From NCBI RefSeq assembly GCF_000372725.1, contig NW_005201223.1, positions 342,657 to 400,329 of the forward strand: DNA of 57,673 nucleotides, written 5' to 3'. The first letter of the stretch is position 1; the number at the start of each line of letters is the position of its first letter. The notes under the pieces are model-generated. The model saw nothing but the letters and a program-made list of their open reading frames with translations. It had not been told where the DNA came from and did no database searches. Below, one piece after another: positions 30,764 through 42,281 of this stretch. The stretch comes from Emiliania huxleyi CCMP1516 (taxonomy: Eukaryota). Made by a program: the position numbers and the translations under genes.

Positions 30764-32134
30764 ATGACAACCGTCGCCAAGCTTTTCGCCCTCCCGCTCG
30801 TGCTGGCCATGCTCCTCGTACAGCTCACCCTCATTCCGGTCATGCTTCCGGCCTTTCTCGTGCTGCTCTCCTCCAGCGCCCTGATGGCCGGCGCCTTGAA
30901 GCTCCTTCACCCGACGCAGACGGACGAGGTGACAAATGAGGAGTTCTACGGCTCCATTCTTCTGCTGCACATGAAGTCGGCCTGGGCGGCGCTCGCGGGC
31001 GTGGTCCTCGCCATCGTCGGGCCGTTTCAGATGGTCTCCGCCCTCGTCAGGTCCGCCGGCTCGCGGCCGGCAAACACGCTGCGGCCAACCTCGGTGCTGA
31101 TCACGGGCGCCAGCAGCGGCATCGGCGCCGAGCTCGCTCGTCAGTATGCAAAGCCCGGCGTCCGCCTCGTGCTCACCGCACGGCGGGTAACAAAGCTGGA
31201 CGCCGTCAAGGCGCAGTGCGAGGCGCTCGGCGCCGTGGTCACCGCCGTGCCGGCGGATGTGACGGACGCAGACATGATGGCGTCCGTCGTGGCCGCCGCG
31301 GACGAGGACGCGCCGCTCGACCTCGTGGTCGCAAACGCAGGCTGCTCCGAGTCGAACGTGCCCGGCGGCTCGCCGCTCTGGCACAAGGCGGGCGTGGTCA
31401 ACTCGACCAACGTGATGGGCACCGTCAACACAGTCAGCCCGGCGATGGAGCGGATGGTGGCGCGCGGGCACGGCCAGATCGTCATCATGGCGTCCGTGGC
31501 GTCCGCGGGCTCGAGCACCAACCCGTCAAGCGTCTCGTACGCGGCGAGCAAGGTGTGGGGCCGCGCCTATGGGCAGGGGCTGCGCGGCGCGCTCAAGGGG
31601 ACGGGCGTGGGCGTGACGACCATCTGCCCCGGGTTTGTGGACTCGGAGATGGTGGGCGGCAAGGACGCGCGCAAGTCGGGCTGGCTGCCGTCGACCAACT
31701 GCCCCGGCTTTGCCAAGCGCTTCCTCGAGTCGATGACGATGCCGACCGACCAGGCCGTGCGGCACATGGTTGCGTCCATCGGGCGGAACGCGGGCGTCGT
31801 CACCCTGCCCTGGTGGTACCTCGCCTCCCTGTGGGCGCCGCAGATGCCGCACTACAACCTGATGCCGCCCTTTGTCGAGTACTGGCTCGCGCCGTCCGGC
31901 CAGGTCAAGCCGCCCGCGCCGGCCGGCACCAAAAAGGCGTTCCGCGCGCCGTCGTCGTCCGAGGAGGAGGACGCGTCGAGCCCTCGCATCACCGAGAGGA
32001 CGCCCAGCGTGTCGTCGTCCGAGGAGGAGGACATGCTGCCCTCCGCGAGCCCCTCGCTCCGCAAGCTGCGGCGTGCGGGCCGCGCGGTCCGCTTCTGCGT
32101 GTCGCACCTGGACGGCCTGCAGCTGTCCAGGTGA
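30764..32134 (+). CDS. short-chain dehydrogenase/reductase with N-terminal membrane segments
   Basis: ITGASSGIG, VANAG, MAS, YAASK, CPGFVDS. Confidence 0.9.
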   Translation: MTTVAKLFALPLVLAMLLVQLTLIPVMLPAFLVLLSSSALMAGALKLLHPTQTDEVTNEEFYGSILLLHMKSAWAALAGVVLAIVGPFQMVSALVRSAGSRPANTLRPTSVLITGASSGIGAELARQYAKPGVRLVLTARRVTKLDAVKAQCEALGAVVTAVPADVTDADMMASVVAAADEDAPLDLVVANAGCSESNVPGGSPLWHKAGVVNSTNVMGTVNTVSPAMERMVARGHGQIVIMASVASAGSSTNPSSVSYAASKVWGRAYGQGLRGALKGTGVGVTTICPGFVDSEMVGGKDARKSGWLPSTNCPGFAKRFLESMTMPTDQAVRHMVASIGRNAGVVTLPWWYLASLWAPQMPHYNLMPPFVEYWLAPSGQVKPPAPAGTKKAFRAPSSSEEEDASSPRITERTPSVSSSEEEDMLPSASPSLRKLRRAGRAVRFCVSHLDGLQLSR

Positions 32135-32535
32135 GAAGAGAGCTGTGTATGTGCAGTGTGGCCGAGCGACTGGCACACCGGGCCCAAAGGTGCGTGCACT
32201 TATTTATTTGCATGTTTTTGCCTCTCCCTCGTTTCTCTGTTGATTGTCTGTCACATGATGTTTCCATCGCGGCGGGGGGGCTCCACCTCCTCAGAGTTTT
32301 TTGGCGTGACGCACTCTGTCCTCCAGACTCTCCAGTCCACACTCCAGTCCATTCTCGATCTCCGAGTCCTCCACATGGATCATGGTCCATCCTCGGGGAA
32401 CTCGGAACACCCAACACACCTTCCCCCATCGCCCCCCTCCGCTCTCCGCGGACCACGTGTACACACACCGCGTCCACAGACAGGTATTAACGATGTGTTT
32501 CGACTCTACAACACCGAGCCCCTCCCGTCCCTACT

Positions 32536-33209
32536 CTACTCCGTCTCGCACGTGATCGCGAAGCCCAAGACGCAGTGGCCAAAGTCGATCGCCGCGATGC
32601 CGTTCGTGGGTCCGGCCGAGTCGAGGTGGTACCGCTCGTGGATCTCGTAGAGCGAGAGGACGAGGAGCGCCGCCCGCGCGCGCGCCGCCGCGGGGAAGAG
32701 GGAGTGGCTTGCCGGCGACCACGGCGCCGCCGCCCGCCGGATCAGCGCCGCCGCCTCGCCCTCGCCGCCCGCGGCGCGCCGCAGCGGCGTCGGCTCGCCC
32801 TCGTGCAAGCTTGCGCCGCTGCGGCGCATGAGGGAGGTGGCGCGGGCGGCGGTGAGGGTCTCAAGGTGCGCGAGCGGCGTCCAGCCGCGGCTGGCGACCA
32901 GCCAGGCGGCGAGGTCGGCGTGGCCGCGGCGGGTTGCAGCCTCCTCGGGCGTGCCAAAGGGCGGCACTGCGGCGCGGGAGGCGCCGTAGGAGGAGAGGAG
33001 CTTGGCGACCTCGAGGTGGCCATTGTGGCACGCGGCGAACAGCGGCGTGACGCCGTCGTTGCGGGCTTGGTCGGGCGCAGCGCCGGCCTCGAGGAGCAGC
33101 CGGGCGATCTCGAGGTGGCCCTTGTAGCACGTGACAAACAGCGGAGTGGCGCCGTCCTCTTTGGCCTGGTCCATCGCCGCGCTGGCGTTGCTGGACGTCA
33201 CGTCGATCA

Positions 33210-33210
<1 letters not shown>
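32536..33210 (-). pseudogene. ankyrin-repeat protein, 3' part (5' end lost or beyond the GA tract)
   Basis: GATPLFVTCYKGHLEIARLLLEAGA and GVTPLFAACHNGHLEVAKLL; no clear 5' exon. Confidence 0.7.
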
Positions 33211-33211
<1 letters not shown>

Positions 33212-33244
<33 letters not shown>

Positions 33245-33298
33245 CTCTCTCCCTCTCTCCCCTGTGAGTGTGTCTCTCTCTCCCACTCCCTCTCTCTA

Positions 33299-33371
<73 letters not shown>

Positions 33372-33385
33372 CTCTCGCTCGCTCT
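33212..33385. repeat. (CT)n microsatellite
   Basis: seen directly in the sequence. Confidence 0.95.
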
Positions 33386-34280
33386 GCTGCTGTTAGCCTG
33401 TTACCTCCGGTCCACACGGGTACTCCCCTAGGTACTCCCGTGTCAGCTCCCGTGCTTAGGTCAACAAGGCCCCACGGTACACGGCGTCTCCACACTAGGC
33501 GAGTCACACATGTGTCGTGATTGGGATCAAAGCGCCTATTGAGCGTCATGAATGAATGTATGTATGTGTATGTTGTCAGCTTTTTGTCGATGCTCCCGGC
33601 GGAGCGACGCATTCGTCTTGGCTTGGGTCTGCTGCGCGCTGCTCCGGGGAAGCTGCTCCGGGGAAGCTTTGTCTCTCTCGCTCTCGCTCGCACTAATTCT
33701 TCCGCGTTGTGTACCTGTGTTACAATCTGTTGCGGGCATTAAGAAAACAGGACCCGCGGCACGCCGCCGTTTCTAAGCCTTTCCACCCACCCCACCCACC
33801 CCACGCCGTGGTTTCATAGCTTCGGTGTTCGTGCGAGGGAGTTTTGTTGTAAAATTCTTAGCTTCGGCCGCACGGCCGGCACCCCAGGTCAGCCGGGATC
33901 TACAGTCTGTAGGAACGTTTAGGTAAAATGACAATAAGGAAGCGCTGGACCGATGTCGCAAGTCCGCAGTCTGCCACCCACTTGGGATGACAGGAAGACG
34001 CACACACCTCCATCCACACCGCCCAGAACACCGCAGACTTGGGCAAAATGACAAGTGCGCGCGCGCGCGCCGCAGGCGAAGAAAAAATTTGAGCGGGGCT
34101 CCTGTTTCACACTCGTGTGTGGGCCCTTTCTTGGTTGGGGCCGCGCCTGCGGCGCTTTGGAAATCGCTTGGTAGGGTTTCTTAATTAATGCCCTGTTTTC
34201 AACAAACAAAATTAATGCCCGCAACAGACTGTAGTCCCAGTGCGCGCCAGTCTTGTGCCTATAGTGTCGCGCGAGGGATA

Positions 34281-34436
34281 TAGAAAGAAAGAAAGAAAAC
34301 AGATAACCCAAGGGAGGGATGGGAAAAGAAAGAAAGAAAACAGATAACCCAAGGGAGGGATGGGAGGACGGCACGAAACCACAAAGAAAGAAAGAAAGAA
34401 AACAGACACGCCAAACGAGGAATGGGAAGAAAGGAC
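34281..34436 (+). promoter_or_regulatory. tandem partial copies of the shared upstream module
   Basis: three units of GAAAGAAAGAAAACAGA..., two followed by TAACCCAAGGGAGGGATGGG; ~90 bp before ATG 34527. Confidence 0.45.
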
Positions 34437-34526
34437 TTTTGGGCCCGTAAATTCTTCCGGCCGGAAGGACCCGCCTGGCCTCCTTGAGCGCGCTATCGGC
34501 TCCTTCTAAGAAGCAACCAGCTCAGA

Positions 34527-35552
34527 ATGCTGCCCCTCGCGTGCGTCCTCGCCACCGTATTCGCTGTGCTCGCCACCGTGCTCGCACTGACGAAGAAGCT
34601 CACCGCTCGCCAACGGTGGAGTCCTCGCGAGAAGACTATCGTGCTCACTGGCGCCTCCTCTGGCATCGGCTCGTCTCTCGCTAGAACCTACGCCGCGCAG
34701 GGAGCCAAGCTCTACCTTGTGGCTCGGAGGCGTGAGGCGCTCGAGGCGGCCTGCGAGGAGTGCATGGCGGCGGGCGCGAGCAGCGCTAAAGCGGTGGTGG
34801 CCGACGTCTCAAGCGAGAGCGGCTGGGATGCGATCCGCAGCGCCATTGGAGACGACACCGTCGACTTGCTCGTGCTCAACGCCGGGCTCTCCATGGGCTC
34901 GCCGTTTGCCTCGCTGAGCGAGCGCAAGGAGGCGATGGGCATCATGAAGCACCTGATGGACGTCAACTACATGGGCGCGGTCGGCGTGCTCGACGCCTGC
35001 CTCGGTGCCATGCGGCAAGCGGAGGGCGGAGTCCGGCTGCTGGTGGTGAGCAGCGTGGTGGGCCTCGTGGCGCCGCCCACCCGGACCGGCTACGCCGCCT
35101 CCAAGTTTGCGCTCAAGGGCTTCTTCAATGCGCTGCGTGTCGAGCTCGGGATGAGTGAGCAGGTGCCGCCCACGATCACGCTCGCCTATCCCGGCGCGGT
35201 CAAGACAAACATCAACCGCGCGCGCCTGCGGGGCGGCGTGGACGGCGGCAGCGGCGCGGTGGACCTCGAGCTCGACAAGAGCATGAGCGCCGACCGCTGC
35301 GCCTCGATCATGGCTCGCGCTCACGCGGCGGGGTGCCGGGATGTCTACTATTCCATCGACGGCACTCGGGTCGGCGCCGTCAAGACGAGGCTCCTCCGCC
35401 ACCTCGCCTTCTTCTTCCCCGCCGGCGCCGACAAGGTGCTCGCAAAGAGCATCGGCGCGATGAGCAAGTCGCGCAGGCAGGTCAAGGGCCTGCTCAAGGG
35501 CGTCGCCAAACTCGTCATCGCCAGCTCTCGCTTCCAACCCACGCCCTCCTGA
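34527..35552 (+). CDS. SDR, DHRS7/11beta-HSD-like, with N-terminal anchor
   Basis: LTGASSGIG, LNAG, VSSVVG, PTRTGYAASKFALKGFFNALRVE. Confidence 0.9.
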   Translation: MLPLACVLATVFAVLATVLALTKKLTARQRWSPREKTIVLTGASSGIGSSLARTYAAQGAKLYLVARRREALEAACEECMAAGASSAKAVVADVSSESGWDAIRSAIGDDTVDLLVLNAGLSMGSPFASLSERKEAMGIMKHLMDVNYMGAVGVLDACLGAMRQAEGGVRLLVVSSVVGLVAPPTRTGYAASKFALKGFFNALRVELGMSEQVPPTITLAYPGAVKTNINRARLRGGVDGGSGAVDLELDKSMSADRCASIMARAHAAGCRDVYYSIDGTRVGAVKTRLLRHLAFFFPAGADKVLAKSIGAMSKSRRQVKGLLKGVAKLVIASSRFQPTPS

Positions 35553-36229
35553 GACGGGCGTGGCGTGGACGGCGGCCGCGTTGTCGCTTGTTGCGAAGCG
35601 CGTGTACGATGGGCTCCAATCTGTCTATTGCCATGCGGCTCTCTATAATTTATTCAACGGTGTTCTTGCTATGCGGCTCTCTATTTATTCAACGGTGTTC
35701 GCCTCAGCTGGTGAGTGCAGAGTGTATTCTCTCCGCAGCACCGGACAAGACACAAGTGTGTAGACTTTCAGAGTTTCCCTCAGTTGAGCTCGAGAGATCT
35801 CTCGCATGTCGCAATATTGCGTGCCGCCGGAGCCCGGAGTGTGCAGATGAGAGACGGCCTCGGGCCCTCTGTCTCTCTCGCGGAGATAGAGGTGTCAGGA
35901 GTGTCAGCCCTGTGGCTGTGCCGTGCGCGGCCGCGGGCCTGCACCGTGCACGCGCCACGCCGACGCGCGGTGTGTGACCTCTGACGTGTGTGTGGTGTGT
36001 GTGCGTATACCTAAATGCGGTGTTACACCGGTTTAGCGGTCGCGCGCGGGGCTGATTTTTGATGATGATACCACGCGCCGTCCGCCGTGACGGAAGGCGC
36101 GAAGCGAGGGAAGAGCCGTGAAGGGTAAAGACCAAAAAGAGCCGTACGGAAGTGAAAGCTTTGAAAAAAAAATTGCTAACGCGAAAAACCGGCACACCAA
36201 TCTCCCTTCCTCTCCCTATCCTTTCTTGG

Positions 36230-37590
36230 AGCTCTAGAGTCCACACCCCCCTGCCCCGGGATCGCGTACAAGCTGAGGCTACCGTAGGCCACACTAGCGT
36301 CGCTGGGGGTTCCCTGCCCTAGATGGGAAGCTGGCCGCTGATCCGAAGACCGACTGCACCAGGGCGCCTAGATATACTCAAGGTGAGCGAGGGTGAAGTT
36401 ACGCCTTAAATGCCTGTCTCTCTACTGTGGACCTTACTCCGAGCTCGACGGCTCCTCCTATTCCCCCACCCCCCCTCCCCCCCCACTCTCTCCGAGTAAG
36501 GGCGTGCGCTACGTCCCCAAGGGGGGGGGGACGTGGGGGGGAGGTGTGACTTTTAGGTTGTAGCGTTTGGGTTTTTGTGGGGCACCCAAACGGTTTCGGT
36601 TTTCCTCCTTGGTGCCCCGAGTAGAGCGCGATCTCCCCTGGAGTCTGTCGCGCCCGTTCTGTCTAAGCTCGAGGTTCAACCTTCCAGTTGATCCTTATCG
36701 GACTGGTGAGGTCTGCCTAGCCGTCGTAGTGTAGTGCCTGGGGTGCGTCTGCGTCGGTGCTACACACACTCGGCAGGACGCTGCTGTAAATCGTTGCTGC
36801 TGGTCGTCGCTGTTTGTTAAACGCGATTTTCGCCATGGTGTTTTTTTATGCTTATGGCAGTAAAAAGAAACGGAAACGTGTGCGGCAGGCGCGGGCTCGG
36901 TCGATATCCCATACTTCGACTCACATCTTCACTGCTGCGGTGTGTGCCCGGGGAGGCGCGGCGGCGGGGTGGATTGAGAAGGTCTCAGAATGCAGAGAAG
37001 CTGCAGGCGTGCAGAGGCGCGCGCTGCAGTTTCTCTGATCGGGCTGCTGGCGGTGTGCGCGAGACGGCGTGGTGAGGCGTGAGGCAGGCTATTGTTGTGG
37101 GGTGCGGGCTGCGTCTAAGCGTATGCGTGCACATGGTGCTGTATGCTGTGTGTGCAGGCAGGCTGACAGGCTGTGCACAGCAGACTGGGCGGATGAGCGA
37201 GCGCGCGTGCGGGCGTGCGTGCGCGCCTGGGCCTGCGCGGTGCCGTCGCACTCGCGGCGCGTCCTAGTACAGCCGCTTGTGGGATGCCAGAAGCAGTCTG
37301 CAGAGCCTGCACAGGGCGCAAAAAGGCGCAGGTGTGCTGGTGAGGTGTGCTGCGGCGCGCGCGTCGCGGCGTGAGTGGATATGCGGCTTGCTCTGGTAGT
37401 GCGAGGGGCGCGCAGCTGGTGCGGGCGGCGCGGGACGGTCATGGGGCGCCAGCACAGGGCAGACGCACATGGCACAGGCTTCTGGGCGCTGCTCGTGTGT
37501 TTGCGTGCGCGCGGGGACGTACGCGCAGTTTTCACGCGGTGTGCGTGGAGAAGGGCATGAGAGGCGCCGGCCGCGCGTGTGTTGTCGTGT
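36230..37590 (+). repeat. non-coding dispersed repeat, copy 1 (~1.4 kb)
   Basis: colinear similarity to ~48490-50090. Confidence 0.8.
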
Positions 37591-37941
37591 GGGAGTTCGG
37601 AGTATGCCCGGAGGGCGGGGTGGTTTAGGGCGACTAGACTTCGCACTGGCGCCGGAGGCCCCAGATATGAAGAAAAGTGGTGAAAGCTTTGAAAACACCA
37701 GTTTCCCCCCTAGCTGATTGCATTCTGGCATAGAGTGGTGTGAGACAGAGCTTGAGTCATCGGGTGCGTGCAGGAGGAGCCTGCACTCGCGCTGCACCGT
37801 CATGCGCTGGCGAGACGGCGGTGCACCAGATACGACCCTTCGCCCTCGGCGCCACACGGACATCGTACGGCTCTACCCTCGCCGAGGGGCCGTCAGCATT
37901 AGGCGGCATTCCCACAGCGCGCAGCCCGCCCGTGCCCGACC

Positions 37942-40385
37942 TCAGCGGCGCGGGCGCGTGGAGGCGAAAACGAGAGCGCTTGTGATCGCCACGCTCGCGA
38001 CGCTGCACGCCAGCACGGCGTGCGATGTGCGGCGGTGCTGCGCCCGGAGCAGCCGCATCTCGTCGGCGAGGCTGCTCACCTGCTCGCGGCGCACGCCCGG
38101 CGTGAGAGGGACGGCGGCGGACGTCTCCTCGCACCCGGTCGATTCTCGGAGAGGGCGCGCGCCTCCCGCTCGTGAGCAGTCGCCGCCTGCGCGAGAGCTG
38201 CGCGGAGCTCGCACCGCAGCGTCTCCGCGCTGAGAGGGCCCTCCTACACGGGGCCGTCTCTCGAGGGCGTGAGAGCGCGCGGGGAGAGCGCGCGGCCGTT
38301 TGCGCCCGCTTGCGCCCGCTCCTCCTCCGCAGAGCCCCGGGGCTGGCCCGGCGCCATCACGACGGCATCGGGCTCGTCGGCGGCGGCCGAGACTGCGCCG
38401 TTGGTCAGCGAGGCGCGGCCGCTGCCGTTGATCACCGACCCAGTCTCCGACGCGTCGCTTCCGGTGCCGGGCATCTGGTGCAGCGCCCCTCGGATGAGGG
38501 CGAGGATGTCGAGCACGCCGACGGGCTCGCCTACGTCTCGCGCAATCTCGGGCAATCTCGGGCAATCTCGGGCAGTCTCGAGGAGCACGCTGAGGGGCTC
38601 GAGGAAGGCGTCCTCGGCGATCCCTCGGCGATCTCTCGGCGATCTCTCGGCGATCTCTCGGCGATCTCTCGGCGATCTCTCGGCGATCTCTCGGCGATCT
38701 CTCGGCGATCTCTCGGCGATCTCTCGGCGATCTCTCGGCGATCTCTCGCCCGACTGCCGCACGACGGGCACGTTGCGATAGCCGGAGCCCTCCAGCTGCG
38801 AGAGCGCGTCGAGCACCGAGGCCGAGACAGGGAGGGTGTGCGGGTCCGGCGTCATGACGGCGCCGACCTGCGGGGAAGGGTCCGAGAAGCTTCCGAGGGG
38901 AAGGGTCCGGTGAGGCAAGCACCGCGGCGGCGGGCAAGGCCTTCGTGTCGCGCGGGTCGAGCCCGGCGGCGATGACGCGGAANNNNNNNNNNNNNNNNNN
39001 NNNNNNNNNNNNNNNNNNNNNNNNNNNNNNNNNNNNNNNNNNNNNNNNNNNNNNNNNNNNNNNNNNNNNNNNNNNNNNNNNNGTCGTGGGAGAGGGCTTT
39101 AGTCGTGGGAGAGGGCTTAGTCGTGGGAGAGGGCTTAGTCGTGGGAGAGGGCTTAGTCGTGGGAGAGGGCTTAGTCGTGGGAGAGGGCTTAGTCGTGGGA
39201 GAGGGCTTAGTCGTGGGAGAGGGCTTTAGTCGTGGGAGCATCTCCAGGACGGCGCCTCGCCGCGCACGAGGACAGCGCCCCTCCTCGCCACCATCACGCT
39301 CGCCGCCTGCTGCACCGACGCCTACAAGAAAAAGAAATACATGCACGAAAAGAAATACACACGCGCGCCGCCTGCTGCACCGACGCCGTCGGGGCGACGC
39401 AGCCCGCCTGACAAGAAAAAGAAACACATGCGGGAAAAGAAACACATGCCTCCGCCATCGCAGCCCGCCTCCGCCATCGCGCAACCCTCCTCCGCTGGAT
39501 CGTCGAGGAGTGAGGCCAGGCTCACCTGATCCGGAGAGACGCTCGAGGTCAGGGCGAGAGGAGGTCGAGACGCGGGCCGCGGGGCGACCGCTCGCCGCAT
39601 GGCCCAGCTGGTGCCCGTGCAGCCCCGCCAGGGCCTCCGAGAGGCACTTTGCCACGTCGAGCAGCCCGGCCACCGAGCCAGCCTACAAGAAAAGAAACAC
39701 GTGCAAAAAAGAAACAAAAGCGCCACGCCGGCCACCGAGCTAGCCTCGTCGAGGACTGGTAGGTGCCTGCGGACGCGGGGAGAGCGGTGTCGCACTCGTC
39801 ATCACAGGGAGTGGGCACGCGTGCCGTGTGGAGTGGGCACGAGGTGCCGTGGGACGGCCGCCGGGCATTGGGGGCCGCTCGCCGGAAGCAGTTGTCCACC
39901 ATAGTGCACAGCGCCGAGGACGCCGTCGCATTCCAGAGCACGGTCTGAGGGTTGCGCGTCATGACGGCCTCGACGGCGGTGGCGTCTGCGTCGCGCCCGA
40001 GCGCCACCACTTTCCGGCACACGTCCGTGTCGGTGACGATGCCGACCGCCGCGCGAGACGACGAGGATGTCCGCACGAGCGCGGCGTCGGCGTTCGCGGC
40101 GGCCATCTTGCGCGCGGCGTCAGAGACGGAGATGCCGGCGTCGATCAGAAGCGCCTTGCGCGGCCGCAGCGCGGCAACGCTGCGCCCCGACCGCTGGGAG
40201 CTGCGGACGGCGCCGAGGTCTATGACCGCCTCGCTGCCAACCGACGCAGTCTCGCCGTTGTTGGACGACCTGCGTGCATCTTGCGACTGCTGGATGATGT
40301 CTCGCAGCGCGCGGCGCGCGTGCGACTTCATCGGCCCGAACAGTATCGCCCGGCGGGACACGAAGCCTGGCTCGGGGCCCTCCAT
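37942..40385 (-). CDS. CBS-domain protein (CBSCBSPB-like) with C-terminal TM, multi-exon, spans an N-gap
   Basis: VGIVTDTDVCRKVVA, VMTRNPQTV, FR/HLPVLD, GLLDVAKCL, VMTPDPHTL..YRNVPVV; hydrophobic C-terminal tail. Confidence 0.85.
38615..38748. repeat. 11-bp intronic tandem repeat (GGCGATCTCTC)n
   Basis: seen directly in the sequence. Confidence 0.95.
39083..39238. repeat. 18-bp tandem repeat (GTCGTGGGAGAGGGCTTA)n
   Basis: seen directly, adjoining the N-gap. Confidence 0.95.
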
Positions 40386-40549
40386 CGTAGCAGCAGCGCG
40401 GCAGCGCGGCAGCAGCGCGGCGGTCGAGAGCTCGGCGAAAGAGCAAGTGGGAGGCGCCAAACGGGGGCAAGAGAACAAAAAAGAATTTTACCCCGCGCTC
40501 CAAGTGCTGATCGTCCTTCCAAAATCCTGCTCGTGCAGGTGGGGACCCT

Positions 40550-40790
40550 GTCCTCCTCCCCCATCCCTCGTTTGCATTGCTGTTTTCTTTCTTTCTTTCT
40601 TTCCACAAAACTCCCTCGCACAACACTGGGCCGCACGGGACTGGCGCGCACCACACACCTCTCCTTAAAATCCCTGTGTGGTGGCGGCGTGCCGTCCTCC
40701 CATCCCTCCCTTGGGTTGTCTGTTTTTTTCTTTCTTTCTTTGGCGCGCACCGCGCACCGTGCGCGCCAGTCCCGTGCCCAGTGTTGTGCA
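40550..40790 (-). promoter_or_regulatory. shared upstream module, here enclosed by ~32-bp inverted repeats
   Basis: 40646-40741 matches 57324-57420; 40618-40651 is inverted at 40759-40789. Confidence 0.5.
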
Positions 40791-40897
40791 AAAAAGAATT
40801 TAGCGGGGGGCACTGGACTGTCCTGTGTGGCTGTGTGCCGCCAAGGCGGGACGCACTCAGGGACAGTGGCGACGGGACGCGGCTCGAGGGGCGACTC

Positions 40898-41565
40898 CTA
40901 GAAGAGAGCCGCGTCCACTGGCAAGTCGAAAGGGCAAGGAGGCACAGCCTCTGCGCCGTTGCTGTAGTGGCCGCCGCCGCGGTATGAGTTCATCTGAATG
41001 GGCGAGCCCTCAAACGGCGGCCATCTGCGAGGCACACAGCCTCGCGCCGTGTTGAAGTCGATCGAGCGGTGCCCATGTAGCCACGCGAGTCGTTGCGGCA
41101 GCCCCGCCCAGCGTGGAACGGCGACGCCAGGCCACCGATGCGCCATCCGGTCAAGCCAGCTGAGAAGACCCTCCACGCTATCTTCGTGCGGCGTCCTGTC
41201 GAGCTTGGGCGTCCTGTCGAGGTGGTTGTGAAAGGCCTGCAGCGCCCACGTCCAGCTCGGCAGCGACGCTGGATCGGTCCAAGCCTCGGGATGCACGAAT
41301 GCGCGCGACTCCTCCCAGTTAAGCGATCCATGCTAAGCCAATGCAGCGGTTTGCCCGCGGTCGCATCAGCGGGCCAGCATCCACCCTTCAAGAGCGCGCG
41401 CCAGCTCCTGCAGACTGCGGCCGCAGCGGCGGCATCCCCCCATGTGGAGAGCGCTGCGAGGCAGCAGCCGACAGCCTCCACGGGCAGGGAGGAGAGATCC
41501 GTCGAAGCGCCGCCCTCGGCGTCCGCAGCGCGCTGTGCGCACGTCGCGAGGAAGGAGGCTGACAT
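40898..41565 (-). pseudogene. F-box-like protein, apparently frameshifted or fragmentary
   Basis: LSSLPVEAVGCCLAAL...AAVCRSWRAL F-box pattern; apparent continuation in another frame. Confidence 0.5.
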
Positions 41566-41723
41566 ATATGTGTATGTGCAATGTGCGGGCGCGCCGGGCG
41601 CGGGGGGCGCGGGGGGCGCGGGGGGACGGGTTTGGGGGGGGGGGGGGGGCTCGGGTTTATTCTGCACTTGGGCCCTCGGCAATGTTTTGACCGCGCAAGA
41701 CATAAGGGTGGCTCAGGGCTCTG

Positions 41724-42190
41724 CCCGCAAGGCGCCCGCGTCGCCGACGCGGCGGTACCATTGACTAATCCCGGAATCACACCCACACGACCAAATAGCG
41801 AAAATCCGAATACCGTGCAAAAACCACGGAATCTGGCGAAGAACGTCGGTTCAAGTTGAGCACTTGAGCACTTGATAGGGCTCTGGGGTGGCACCGTGCG
41901 CCGCGCCTCTCGTCGATCGGGAGTTACTCGACTACGTCGAGGGGGGGGACGTCCGAACCACCGCGTGTCATCCCGGTCCAGCGTGTCAGTCCTTTCTGGT
42001 CTAGTGCCCGTCCTCTCCGCCCGTCGTGCAGAGTTGGTCGCACTCCGTGCATCTTCGTCCTTTAGACGTTTCATCTAGAGCAAGCGGGCGACGCGCCCCA
42101 CGCCTGCCCGTCAGTCGGGTGGGGCTTGCACGGGGGGTATATTGCAGATTTGTCAATGGTACCGCGTCTGCGACGCGGGCGCCTTGCGGG
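41724..42190. mobile_element. MITE-like element with ~45-bp TIRs
   Basis: CCCGCAAGGCGCCCGCGTCGC..ACGCGG..TACCATTGAC is inverted at 42147-42190; no TSD found. Confidence 0.7.
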
Positions 42191-42281
42191 TTTCCCTCTT
42201 GCGAGAGCGATATGCCATGTCCGCCTTGCGTTGTTTCATAACATCGAAGGCTAAGCTAAAAAAAAATACAATGCGGAGCGA

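Noticed and set aside
33390..33575. Possible LINE 3' end with a (TGAA)(TGTA) tail
   Set aside because: Single copy in the window, with no ORF and no convincing TSD.
38615..39238. Regular repeats as a CRISPR array
   Set aside because: Head-to-tail tandem units with no unique spacers, in a eukaryotic intron context, and no cas genes.
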